Assembly (NCBI GenBank): GCA_002633005.1 | Contig: NMRA01000042.1 | Coordinates: 1,278,878-1,342,877, forward strand | Direction of reading: 5' to 3' | DNA length: 64,000 bases | Source of the DNA: Phoronis australis | Lineage: Eukaryota; Animalia; Phoronida | Part shown: positions 25,814 through 38,610 of the stretch, in pieces | Layout of the letters: every line of letters starts with the position of its first letter | Position numbering within the stretch: the stretch's first letter is position 1 | Notes under the pieces: model-generated | What the model was told of the DNA's origin: nothing | The model's database searches: none | The model's input: the letters and a program-made list of their open reading frames with translations, nothing else | Translations under genes and position numbers: made by a program

Positions 25814-27036
25814 GCTGCCCACCTGAAACAATGGTTGACAATGTCAGTAAATGAGTCTGTCAAATCACTCCACTTCATGACATGCCAACAATTACAACTC
25901 CCAATACAAACAAACAGGTGCGGATATGTTACAATTGAATTTACGCTATATAAAATGGAATTTAGTGCATAAAAGTCAGACAAAATATGACGTACAATTA
26001 AAGTATTCGCTCTCACCAAATTATGCAGCAACGTTGCAAGTCTGTCAAAAACGAAACACTGGCTATTTTAGTATTTCACTCCTCTGCTAACTGGTTTCAT
26101 TTTGTGCATTGCTCATCTCAACAAAAAGACGGTGTCCCTAGTTAAGAGCTTGAATCCTACAGACAGTCAGTGTCGTGTGAAAGCTTTAATGACAACAAAC
26201 CACAAGCTATGCCTTTACACAACATAACCAATTATTAAATATACTTTTCTGAGTAAGACAAGTATGTTGTCTCATTTTTAAAGCCAAATACAGCAGGTAA
26301 AATTTCAGCCTCTTGTCTCTTTGAGATAATTAGAGGTTAACCTAAAGACCTGAGGCTCCATCACGAGATCAGTTTCTGAGAATTACACTTCAAGATTTGC
26401 TAAAACAATACAATTAATCAAGAAGTAGAAAATAAGGGGAATATGTTTTGAAAACGCATTCTGACTACGTATTCTTGCAATGAAACAGTACCAAGACCGT
26501 TCCAAGCACAGGTTTCAATCAATGAGGGGGGCTAAACCCAGCAGAAGCAAAGCTAAGGCATCCATACAACATACAATGCAAGAAAACCCTGCGAATGTAC
26601 GAACGACAGACACAAACTGTTGACCTATAGGTCTTCAAAAACTGACCCATGGCCATAGGCATAGACTTAGTTTGAGGCCCTGGGCTGTGGGTCAATTGAC
26701 CCATAGATTCTTTTTTCTAAACTGAACGCTGTTACAGCCTATGCGTACATGCACCATTTCAGCATTTTAAGGTTGGTCAACCTCAAACTCTGGAGCTTCA
26801 CAGTATCTTCTGAGCCAGGTAAAGACGGTGGTCACAAGTCTTTTTAGCCATGCCAGCCGCCGATGTTCACAACACAAGACTTGAGTCGAAGACAGAACTG
26901 AACAAATTGGAACTAGTCTACTCTATAATCCACAACCAGCAATTCAAGCAAAACCAAAGTGGATAGTAGTGTAAAATTTTACATGATTATCAATAACCGA
27001 TAAGTGTAAACGCCATCAAAATTCATTAGATCGTAC

Positions 27037-27115
27037 TTTAATTTGTGCCTGTCTCTTCTCCACAAGCTCGTAGAAACAAGATGGCTACTTTAAATACAAG
27101 GGTGCCACCTGGTGA
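27037..27115 (-). promoter_or_regulatory. Probable SF3B5 5'-UTR exon and promoter with YY1-like and CTCF-like motifs
   Basis: Minus-strand donor at 27031-27036, YY1-type AAGATGGC at 27078-27085, and gtgccacctggtga (CTCF-like) at ~27102-27114. Confidence 0.4.
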
Positions 27116-29547
27116 TGAAAGAATGTTAGTGCAGTGGTGCAGCTGGTCAAAGACCGCAGCGTCTTTGAGCTGGTGAGTGAACTTGGAATAATTATTCCAA
27201 TTTCACGCAAGTGATCTTGAGATTAAGCAAGCGTTTGCGACATTTAGTGTGAAGCTGATAAGTAGTGGACACGAATTTGTTTGTCGTGAGTTAATGTATC
27301 TGTTTTAATTATTTTTATTGCCCTCTGTATGTTATTCTGGGTGTTACGGTATTTGTTTCCAAAGGTGGCTTGACTAGGATGGTTGGGTGGGTTACTGGCG
27401 ACCTGGGACCTTTGCAATGAAAAGGATTAAGAGCTAGGTCGGATACAATGAATAACAGTAGGCCTACCTACCGTACCGAGAGGGTTTTGCATTGAACAGT
27501 TTGTCATGCCCGCGGGTTGTACCTGCCACCTCATCCACCCGTGTGACGTGAGTGCTTAGACTCTGAGCTTGCCTAAGTTGCAATTTGCTCGTAATTGGCG
27601 GAAGTGTTTTCATTTTATATCTAACTTATGACACCCTGTCGTCAAATCCTTTCTTATCTGATTAAGGAAGAAATTCAGATAACACTTGTTGATTAAAAGT
27701 GTCAAGTTATTTTTGGCAAAACTAGTAAAGTGGAATTCAGATTTTCATTTTTAAACGTGCAATTTAATGAATATTAGTTTTTCACTGGTACTGCAGTATG
27801 CTGTGTGATGTCATCAGGTCTAAATATTGATGACAATCAGACATTATTTACAGAACACAACTCTCTGAGGTTCTGCTGACAGGTTTTGAATGTTCTCATA
27901 TAGATGATTAGACTTTTCTGGCCCCATGCCGGCTACATATTTTTACCTTTCTGAGCTCAGTACAGACCCACGTGACAATACGCCAATGTATGTATCGTCA
28001 GGTACAACCGTTCCGATTTTCAAAAGGAAAAACAGCACAAAGCAGAACGAACAGCCTTGATTTCTATAGCTAGGCTAACAAGATTGGCCTCCGAAGAGAC
28101 TAAATTTATCACTCGAACTGATTTGCCTTTTGAAGTAGCCTAACACTCCGCGGACGGTTTGTAGCACTCGCAAGTTTTGGAATAACCACTCGAATAACTG
28201 TAATTTCATCTTGTTTACTTTCTCTCAACTTCTTTGTCAAGGAGGAAAAAAATAAGAGCGCCGGACCAAATGTATTGTATGATTGTATTGTGTTATAGTA
28301 CTTGACTTTAATATGACGCCAGGTCATACTGCTGAGCTTGGGACAAATAATGTACAATAGGTGTCACTGGCATCCGACTCGAAATTCATCATGAAATGTC
28401 GTAAGGTATCAATGTAGTCGGGTTTAACAAAAATGCATGCATCGATACCTAATGTACCGTAAGTTTTGTGCGTATTAAAGCTTATATGTTTTTATGTCTA
28501 AAATAATGTTTTTAAAACAATTTTTGCTCAAGTAAGTCAAACGTATAGGCTCCTGCGCCTAAACTTAGCTCACAGGCGCACGCCGCGGCTAACCGACGTA
28601 TATGTGCGTGTCTTACCAACTAGTACAGGGTGCTTTTGGTGTCTGCATCATTTCTTTTCATTGAAATATTTAACGTTAGCATATCAGTTTCTATAACTCT
28701 ATCGTTTTGCAAGTTTATTCACACTGGCCTTTGCCCTCATATTCCGAATATGCACTTGTACACAAACAGGTATAGTTCCACTGGTCAAATTTTTCATACA
28801 ATAACACGACTTTACTTGCACGCTTTCAGCTGTTTGAGTGCGCATCGATTTCCATGGATTTCTATTCAAGCCGTTGGTTGTCACGTTTTTTCTTAGTGTT
28901 CAAGTGTTTTGCACGAACGCATGCCTCAAATATTTTTGTTAGAATAAATCAAGTGGCGTCCCGTCAAACTTTTTAGACCCGTTTCGTTGAAACAAAATTT
29001 CCTGTAAGATAAAGACCGACCTTCACACACATGCTTCCCATGCAGCATAAATGCGGTACATTTCTATTCAGGTTGAACGTCAGGATTGAACTGAGGAAAC
29101 GGCTGTTCGCTGAATTTTGAGCCCAGCCTTTATTTTAGCAAAACCAATGAATAGGCCGAACAGGATTCTGCGTTCCAACATTCCCTGTAATGCATGGGGT
29201 AACACTTTGTGAGTTGCTAGTGTCGTGTTTGAAACATATGGAAACCAAAGTAGTTTCTATCGATAGCTGCAATATTTTTGATTTAAAGCTATTGGCCAAC
29301 GTGATTGCAGAATGTTTACTGTCGCTGTGTCGGCTGGTAAAAAAAACATATGATGCATAGCCAATCTTGCAACGTTGTGAAAATGATATAACAACCACTA
29401 TACATGCACGAACATGAATACTTATTCATTGTCGCTGAGAAATTTTAGTACAAAACAATATTCTTAAAAGTGTCAAAACGACAATGAGCATTGCTTCAAC
29501 ACATAATTCCTGTAGGAGCTACATCAAAACCCACAGATTAACGGCGG

Positions 29548-30495
29548 CTAGACACGATTTTGCTTGGCCGTTCCAACGAAGTCATCTTGGCGTGGAGGCT
29601 CTCGCCTTCTTCCTATGGTGGTGTAAGGGCCGCTAGTAGGATACACCCCTGCCCTCCAATCCATCTCTCCTCTCATGGAGAATCTGTTAGCGAGATCGAC
29701 GGATCCGTTGGTTGCAGCAAAGTTCCATTGACCCCCGCCGCCAGACTGCGCAGGCTGCTGCCAGACTTCTAAAGGTGACCATCCCAGATTAGACGGAGCG
29801 ATACCCACGGAGCTGAAAACAGGAGGAGGGAACCGAGGACAAACTTGGAACGCTGAGCTCACCGTTGCGGAGGTAGACGGCTCTGAAATTAAGAGAGGTC
29901 TGAAATGAAAAGTAAGACACCATGTCTTTTTGACGACAGAAATGTCACCTCAGAGGAATTAACGGTAATTTGGACCTCCAGACTCCACATGGAAAACCCA
30001 GTTCAAATCCTGACCTCGCTGGCAGACTATTGAGTATTGCACAAAAATGTCTCCTACTCCTTGAACTTCCTCACAGTTGTGAATGAGAAACTGGATAAAA
30101 CATGAAAAGCTATTTCCCAGATGTGGTATTAAATATTTATTTTCAAAAAACAGAAGTCTTCGCAGGCATTTGTGGACTTAAGTATAATATGAAAAATTCG
30201 TTTTCAAAATTGCGAAGGCATATATAGCTCTTGACTTCATGAATTAAAGGAGAAGTTATGCCCGAGGCTACACACCTCTGCCACCTCGTGCCATAGACTC
30301 GTCTTGTTCCTGTCGTCGACGTAGAGCTATCTGTTTGGCCATAACCGACTGGCGGATGGCTATAAGTGTACACTTGGAACACTGGCACTCCTTAAACACG
30401 CAGAATCTCTTGTGGCCTTTCAATACACGAATTTCACCGTGGTTACGACAGCGTGCGCACTTGGGGACCCGTGATTTTGGTTTGTTGTCATCCAT
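29548..30495 (-). CDS. Doublesex/Mab-3-related (DMRT) transcription factor, single DM domain, ~184 aa, 2 coding exons
   Basis: Exon 30276-30495 encodes [66 protein letters not shown], a complete C2H2C4 DM domain. A phase-1 intron joins it to an acceptor (tttcag) before 29882. Exon 29548-29882 encodes a P/S/G-rich tail ending in TAG. The alternative donor CGAG|gtggca is also possible. Subfamily not assigned. Confidence 0.85.
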
Positions 30496-30724
30496 TATCT
30501 GAAATGTGACACTAGAGATTTTAATGACATTTAAAGATACTTTTTTCCTTACAGTCACCTAGTTAGAACACAGGATGAATCTCCTCTGTCGAACATATAG
30601 ATATTTCGTAACTTTCAACCCTGTTTGTTTTTGCCTTATTTTGCCTTATAATGCAAAATCATCAGCGACTAAAAAACGCTTTCAAAGTTCATGGGTGTTC
30701 GTCAACCGTAAAATTCCGAATTGG

Positions 30725-30743
30725 AAAATGGCGCATGTGCGCA
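30725..30743. promoter_or_regulatory. YY1-like and NRF1-like motifs upstream of the Dmrt gene
   Basis: AAAATGGCG (30725-30733) overlaps GCGCATGTGCGCA (an imperfect NRF1 palindrome), ~230 bp upstream of the ATG. Confidence 0.35.
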
Positions 30744-32489
30744 TTGTCTGTGATTTGAGTTGGCAACGGAAATCGAATCAATCCTCTCACGGTAAGGAGT
30801 ATTATGAGACCGATAAGGAAAAGGCCTGAATTCGATTTGCGTTTTTAGCGAACTACAGCTTTAACGACCGACCCTTTCTCGGAGTTTAAAATAGCCCTTT
30901 AGGCAGTTTACCGCAGACCCTGTGACAGCAACCTCTCAAATTGTGCCCCTTCAATACGTGACCCTAATAAAATAGATTTTCACCAAGCTGGAATATAATA
31001 AAGTAAACTTTGACCTTTTAGGCGTCATGTCATTCTCGGAAATAGTTGAACCGAACTAGCTTCCTACAAGGCGTTCCGTTCACTCGTTCCGACTAGGTGA
31101 TGCAATTTCTCTCCATGATTTTTCTCCGGATCTCTCTGCCCTTGGTAGGGGTTTATTACGTTGCTTTTAGTTTAATATTCCCTGATTTAGTGCTTATTTT
31201 TGGATCCTAATACCCACAAAAGGTCAATATCATGACCTTACAGCGTAACATTCCCAGGTGTAAAAAGTGACTATTTCTCTTTAATTTTTGTTGATGCATA
31301 GTTTCTAGCGGTTGGCATCTGGGGCCAGCGTTTTAAAACATGTCGCGAGGGTGTGAAATTGGCGACAACCAAGAGTCATGGGGATGCTGAAGTCGGCGGT
31401 TGGGACCGGAGGAATCCTCCGTTCCTGAGCTCCAACCATCCTGCGTGACGTACGCAATCGATCGCACACACACTCATAAAATGCTTTTATCCCTCCCTAG
31501 GCCTACAATAACTGTCACATTGCGTGACTCCAGAATCGTTGCTCCAAATTTTATGTTTCAATTAAATTGGCTGCGTTTTCCGAAATTTGTGATCTAAACT
31601 TGAAGAACATTTCTTCCTTGCTTACCGCCGAAAACGCAAATTTCTGGTATCGATTCGCCTCTAAAAATGAGAGTTTCCCGTTCGCACACTGCTATATTAT
31701 TATTTTTTATAATCTTACATCGTGTAAGAGTACTGCTCATAAATTTATCTATATCTTCTTGCTTTCTCCGATTTCCCGATTACATGCAACTTGCATGTGA
31801 GTCTCCGATGCAAAAATGGCTACATTTGTTATACATGTACATAACATTTAGCTACTTAGCACATACCCATACACCAGAACCTTACCGAACAAATTACACT
31901 AATAAGTCATGAAGCATCCAATTAAAATAAACCTCGATGACACCACTAAATGTCTAGTACCGTATTTAGACTTGAAAGAAGTACCTATAGCCATATCTAC
32001 TTACCCGATTGCCTTCAGCCGACTGACGTCCTCAGTTTATGTTCCCATACTGACGGTCATGTACTTATAGCACGTGCGAAAAAGATACAGTTGACAAACA
32101 TAACGTAGATGAGACCACGAAAATGTTGCCACCATCACGTGCGAACNAAACGAGACAAAAGTCTACTAAAAAGGCAGGAACTACTAAAATTCGACGAGTG
32201 CACAATTCATAGCTTTGAAGGTACCCCGTGAATCTTAGTAAAAGGTCCACATTCTCAAAAATTCGAGCCCCACCATTTTTAGCCGGGTGCGCGCATGGAG
32301 ATACAATAATTCAACACATGAATTTCACTTTGGGCTTGACTTCAGACGTGCTCGACTCACCGTGGCAAGCAATCCAGAGAAAGAACTGTCAGTCCTAAAA
32401 TCACATCCATTTTGACTAAGGAGTCCATTTCTTCTACTCCCAACCACCTGCAAAAACAAATTCGTGTAATTGAAAACTTGGAATGGATA

Positions 32490-33640
32490 TAAATATGTCT
32501 AAAACTAATATCGTGGTCTTTTGAAATGGCAGACCATTGAGGAGGTGGGAGAAATGTTTTTTTAAATCGTCGGAAATTAGAATAGTGCCGTCATCTTATA
32601 CCTATTTTTTCATCACGGATTGTGTGGACTAAAAATGCTGAGGAACTAACCACGAAGGCAAAAAGTAGTCCAAAAGTTGTTCATAGCATTGTTCGGTTTG
32701 ACAAATATATTGGCGGTTTAGATGTTGCAACTGCTCCAAAAATCTTTGATAAAGTAGTGACACCAATTCTAATGTATGGGCTTTCAGCAGTACAGCTCCA
32801 TAGAAAAAAATACAGATTATTCATTTTTAATACATATTGAGAGTCGGCTCAAAAACTACCAATGCGCTGTGCTGGGTGAACTGGGTTGATATTCTTTACA
32901 AGATGCATAAAATGCTAATTACGATTGCAAGAAATGTCAGAACATAGATATTCCCGAAAGTGCATTAGATGACAGTAGTAAGGAAACCTGGGCCACTTGT
33001 ATCAAGCATTAATTTTGGCTTTGTTTGGTCACAACAAAGTTGGCGATATTGGTGCCTTTTGGAAAATATTTACTGAGAGAGTAAAGACTGCGCCTTCCAA
33101 GAATGAGATTGTAAAGTAAGAAACAGTAGTAAACTTGTACGTTTTGCTGAGTTGCATAAGACCTTAAATGTTGCTCCATATCTGAAAGTTATAAAATGCG
33201 ATGATTTTGGCAGGTATATAACTAAAATACCTTGGTGTTCTCACATTCTTGAAATCGAGGTGGCGTATGAAAGAGTACATAGAGAATTAAAGGCCGTGCA
33301 AATAATGCAAAAACTTTAATTTGCATGAAATTGAAGACGAATTTTACTTTACAACAAGACGCTTTCTGTATGATCACTTGAGGGTACAGTTTATTTCACA
33401 ATTGTCACAATTCGATACCACGTTCTTTTTAAGTTACATCAATAAAGTTTCAAGTACCTTCTAATCTGTCAAAATTCACCAGGAAAGTTTTTCTCATAAG
33501 AGTAAAGAGCTATGTCTAAGCGCTTTAGTATTCTGATTGATATATATTCTTCTACTTTTTAGTACATCAATCTGTCTCTGTGTATATACTGGGTGTGTAC
33601 TATGGGCCGGTGGCCTTTTATGTGCAGAGAATAAAGAACG
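32490..33640 (+). mobile_element. Degenerate LINE 3' fragment (post-RT region, L2/CR1-like group)
   Basis: Broken frames give NMSKTNIVVF*NGRPLRRWEK, KIFDKVVTPILMYG, CSHILEIE and EIEDEFYF. The element ends tatgggcc...aataaag. Many stops and frameshifts. Confidence 0.7.
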
Positions 33641-34655
33641 ATTAAAGGGATACTCTGAGATCAATAAACGGCAAGTTGTGAACGAACAACAGTTTTAGCC
33701 GCTCATGCTGGATAAAATGCTAACACTTTCGCTAGCAAAACGGCAATGTGAACGGTCGCAAGGGTCACTTTACTGACTTTTTATTGAAAGTTTGAGTTAC
33801 CGCAATACTATCAGGGTTTTCACTAACACTTTTGTAGCCAGACCGCCTACTTCAAAGAACACCCACGCGCAGGGTAAAGCGGTCTGTTCATTGAAGTTAT
33901 GTCAGAGAGTGAACATGCTTTGATATAATTTTCTCGGGTGGCAACGAAACAGAGTGAGTGCTGGCGAAAAATTACCCCTTCGCGGTCAGCATGTCTCTGG
34001 CTAACAACGCTAGCGTTTTAGCTAATGAAAGTGCTTGCGTTTCCGCCCTTCATTTGAATCTTGTATTAGTCACTAACGTTGGGTTTTGTGTCGGAAGGCG
34101 GGTTTTTAACGGCTACATACTGGTTTCTGTGATCGCTTGATTTATTCATCTATTGAATTTATTTTGTCAATGTATATATATGAATATTATTCAGCGAGGT
34201 TGTTATTTCTCGTCTTTTAGAACTCTAGTCCTGGAATGCCAACTTCGATTTCGCGCTGTTGAGGTTGCGCTGTATTCGTTTGTTACGGTTTTGGTTCTTG
34301 CTACGAAATGCTTTTAAAAAGTGTCACTAAAACTTTTCGCGACTCCGCCGTTTTTCAACCTCCTGATGGTTGTACCTGAAGCAAAAGATAAACTTAATTC
34401 ATAAGAAATTATCAGTTCGCATAAATGACAGGTTTAATTTTCTTTAAATTCTAAAAACCACGAGTGTTGCCAAAATGCGAAAAATAACAGGTTGTAGTAG
34501 TAATATAAAAAGGAATATCAAGTGGTATACATAGTTATTGCAGTGCTCAGCCTCGTTTTGGGGGCAAATGAACAACACGTTGTGAACAAATATGTGTGAA
34601 GTAAATACGATACGGAATCCTATGAACGGAGGTGTCGATACACAGAGTAAAGGAA

Positions 34656-34741
34656 GTGGCGGATCCAGGATACCATTAGGGGGCCCAACATGTTGCCTCG
34701 GGGAATTGGGCAAAGCTGCCCCCCCCCTAAATCCGCCTATG
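34656..34741. mobile_element. Short MITE relic with GGCGGAT/ATCCGCC terminal inverted repeats; related ends at ~35990-36010 and ~49517-49544
   Basis: agtggcggatcc ... ccccctaaatccgcctatg. Confidence 0.5.
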
Positions 34742-36829
34742 AAATGGAATAACATTATCAGCAAAAAGCACCGATATATTACATAGTCGCAACTCTTTTT
34801 GTTTGTACGTGAACAGTTGATAGTGAACAACATAATGTGTAATACAATTGGCAACCTTAACCACTAAATATTCCTTTTTGGCTGGTAATTTTCACCATAT
34901 CGCTATATTAAGAATAGTCTGCCCTGTCGTACAACTGCATGTTTGACAGAATGGTTCCAGTGAATGTTTTGTTACATTGAAACTGCAATTTCGGTATCAT
35001 TGGGAAAACCTCGGGATTTGTAGCCTCATATTATCCTATAATTTGCGGTGTTCCGAATGGGGGATATCTCTTTCCCTGCAATCGTAATGGGTGGAATTAG
35101 ATTGCCTAACGCCAACGAACTATGTTAAACCCATTCGTTTGATTGGTATGACGTCATTTTGACGTTTTGTACCCAATCAAATATGATTAGAATGTCAAAA
35201 TTAAAAACTATAATAATCATTAGGTCAGATTTACGTATCGCTATGAATTATTAAGAAATTGCAAAAATCTTTACCTGGCAATGGACCTGTTCAATCTTTT
35301 TCCTTCTCAACTACAGGGGGCATAAAATAGGTACAACCGTTGTTGAAGCCCACCGATAAACCCAAACACATAATCTTATAAAATTCCAAGTGCTAACTTG
35401 CTCCCGTGGTGCCCTGAATAGGAAAATAATTCACGACCTTCAACAAAATTTTTGAAAATGTGTGTTGACTGAGCATTTTATTCATATTTGTGGGTCCAAA
35501 TCGTGTCATAATTGTGGCAGATGAGATATGTCATCACTAAACAACCGAATAACATGGGGGTTGTGCCAGTATTTGGTGTTACCTTCTTGAACAAAATGCT
35601 TACAGTCTTAAAGATACACTATTTCCTTCATTTTGTTGAAGATTCATAAACGAAGGTTAATGCAACCAACTTAGTCAAAACTGATTTCCACATGAGACAC
35701 TTGAATCAGTAAAAACCAAGCTTCCTTTTCAGGAGGAACTGCTCGGCAGTTACAAAACACCTAGCTTCCTGCACGTTCTGTAAATGTAGACTAAAAGCGA
35801 TCATGGTAAAAACACTAACTTTACGAAATGTTCCTGCTTGTATCAGGGCCTACAATTTTCGATTACAACTTATGTATTCAAAACTTGCGATTAGCGAAAA
35901 GACAACATAACGGGGATTATGGGTCCAGGAACCTCCAGACTTTTTACAGCTCAGCGCCCCTGAGAAACCTTAATGTGGCACTGCCAATGCCCCCTAAATC
36001 TGCGCCCCTGCAAGTTACTGGCAACAAGTCAGACAGGACAACTTTTTGAACGGTCGCTGGAAGCGGCTGGTGTGACTTTTGACCAGATTTCCCATTTCGC
36101 GGCAGCAATGTTCTAGATGAAACTAGCTTTGCACATTCTTCATGTATTTCTTATAGACCTATTTGATAATCCAGTTTGTGTTTATCAAGGTTGTATGTAA
36201 AACTCCGCAAAGTATTTCAGTTTTAACAGCTTGTAAGATGAAACACAAACAACTGGAAGGCATATACTTTCATTTTGTTCTGCATAAAGTGAAATGGAGA
36301 TTCCGACCTAGGCCTACTTCTATTCTATAACCATGCTGCTAGTACCCAAACTAAGAACCTTTTTTGATGGGAATATCCGATTTCCTTTATGAATTCTCAA
36401 ATATATTTGATCAAAAAGAAATACCATACCTGTCAATCTGGTATAATGTCATTGTCAAGATTAACGGAGAAACTCAATTTTGGGGGAATTGATATGAAAA
36501 GGGTTATTTGTTTCATCTCAGATCTAATGGACGACGATGTGTTTTCATTATAGTTTAATCGCTTCTGTAAAAAGTTCAAATTCAGACCTGTGATTCTGAA
36601 TTTTATGGCCTCAGAGAAGGTATTTGTTGTAAATGGAAAAATTTAAAAGGATACAATTTTCTCTTCTGTGCACTGTTTATGCCGATTTTTGTAAAATTGT
36701 TGTTTGCAGATAAAAGGGACAAAACATAATTTTGGCCTAGGTATGAAGACAAACCGCGTTATGCCTGGTACTTATGACTGGTGGAAAAATGGCGACTATA
36801 TTAACTTTACTCCTGATGTGAAGCTTCGG

Positions 36830-37230
36830 TAGTTTCAGTCTTATAAAATTATAATTTGCAATTCTTATCTTGTGAAAATTGGTGTTAGTAATACCTCCTT
36901 CTGTACTTTCTGTAAGAGGGAACATATGACTTTGTTCATTTATACAGGCAATGTGATGTTCAGAATTTTTTGAACACGATAGAGAACTGGGTGGAAAATA
37001 GAACCAATATCTCTCTGGCTACTACTGTAGTTACGGCTCTATTTGACAACAGATTTAATGGAAAACCAACCAGTGCAAAACTAAATTTTAGGCCTTTGCA
37101 AATTTCATTTACGTAAGCAACGCCAAGAGGTAAACCTCCAAATTAACTTCATTGCAAAAAGAAATAGCTCCATACTACTATTCCGAGAAATACTTTTTAT
37201 TGGAAAAGATGGCCAACAATGTAAAAAGTT
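36830..37230 (+). mobile_element. Degenerate L1/Tx1-like LINE C-terminal zinc-knuckle fragment
   Basis: Reading KIIICNSYLVKIGVSNTSFCTFCKREHMTL, followed by H...C after a frameshift, fits the CxxC...H...C region of L1/Tx1 ORF2. Disrupted. Confidence 0.55.
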
Positions 37231-38244
37231 ATGTTTTGTAAATCACTAATCTGTTTTTTCTCCAGAAAATATATATTACAAACTGTTCTAGATACTCCTT
37301 GTTACATTTTTTTTTCGTTTATTAAAACCCAGCTCGGATGTATATTTTATTCTATTTAAATTATACAAACTTATTGTAAAGCAAGGGATGGGAATCCCAT
37401 ACCTTTGTCATTGCTCATCTGAACTGGGAAAATTAAACAATTTAAAACGACGTATAAAAACGAAAAAATCTCTTTTGAAACATTTAGATAATTCTGGCCC
37501 CTTCAGATAATTATAGAGAGTGCGTGGCGCTGAAGATTTGGACTAGGTTAAATGACACTTTCCCGACATTTCACACACGTGATTTCATCATTAATGAAAC
37601 ATATCCAATCGCAGATATTTCTTGGAAATTGTGACCAATGCGTAGAGTTTTTAGCAAAAATCAAATCGTATTCCACCTAGCAAAGAATCATCTGCCAAAA
37701 ATGTAGCCCAGTATACTTTAAAAATGACCCGATTTGTCGAAACATTTTAGTAGACCTACTGATACTCAAAATGACGAAACGCAATGATGTCATATTTTGC
37801 GTCATTCAGTTCCAGTTCTGCATAGGTACACACAACGACATTCACCAATGCTCTCCATGCATTTTACAGCTAACCAGTTGATTACAAATGTTGATTTAAG
37901 TCCAAATATCATAACATGTTGCTCGATCACAAATATTGATTAAACTCAAGATATCAAAATGTATCATCTCATATACTTAATTAACGATCACTGCAGAAAG
38001 ACATCAATAATTAATTTCGAAAAGAAGAGGAACAAAAAGAGAATTAAATTTCCAATCTCATTAAACCTGTCATAATGAGAACGGATTCATCAGTTACAAT
38101 AACAAGGACACTATCTCTACACTTTAATGATGTTTTTGTGCTCAGACAAAATATCAGAACCACTTGGATTGCTTTAAATCACTCATTCGTCCAAAGTTCC
38201 AAATTTCAGAAACAATGAGTTAGATTTCGATGTATGACTCATTC

Positions 38245-38610
38245 AGCACGAGTATAAGCAAAAACTCGTGCACCCTAAGACAAACGACCTAAGGAAAAGA
38301 TAGCTAGTATGTTCTATGGAATACAGTGTGGATAGTACCCTGAAACTTATGTAGGTGAAACTAAGCAGTCCTTGAAAACACGGTAGTCCCAGCATCGTCG
38401 ACCTACGCCACTCTTGGTACGTTTTGTGTATGTATACAAGAAAGAATTGAAAATCCATCTTTGAACCCAAGAGGACGCTTGAGATTCAACCTATCACACA
38501 CCTGGGACAGGATAGCCGATTTTCTCAACTCCGACCGAATCCACCAGGGGGCCCACAGGCTTGAAAAAGCCAGCAGACGCTGACGAAACCGACGTTGCCT
38601 TTCCTCTCAA
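38245..38610 (+). mobile_element. Penelope-like element relic (GIY-YIG endonuclease end plus terminal repeat)
   Basis: Broken frames give QKLVHPK, FYGIQCG*YPETYVGETKQSLKTR*SQHRRP and ERIENPSLNPRGRLRFNLSHTWD, followed by cttgaaaaagcc...gacgaaac as at PLE ends. Confidence 0.75.

Noticed and set aside
25814-25831. N-terminal extension MFQVGS on SF3B5 from the ORF track
   Set aside because: It spans the intron acceptor (tttcag at 25823-25828). The conserved start is MGDRY at 25813.
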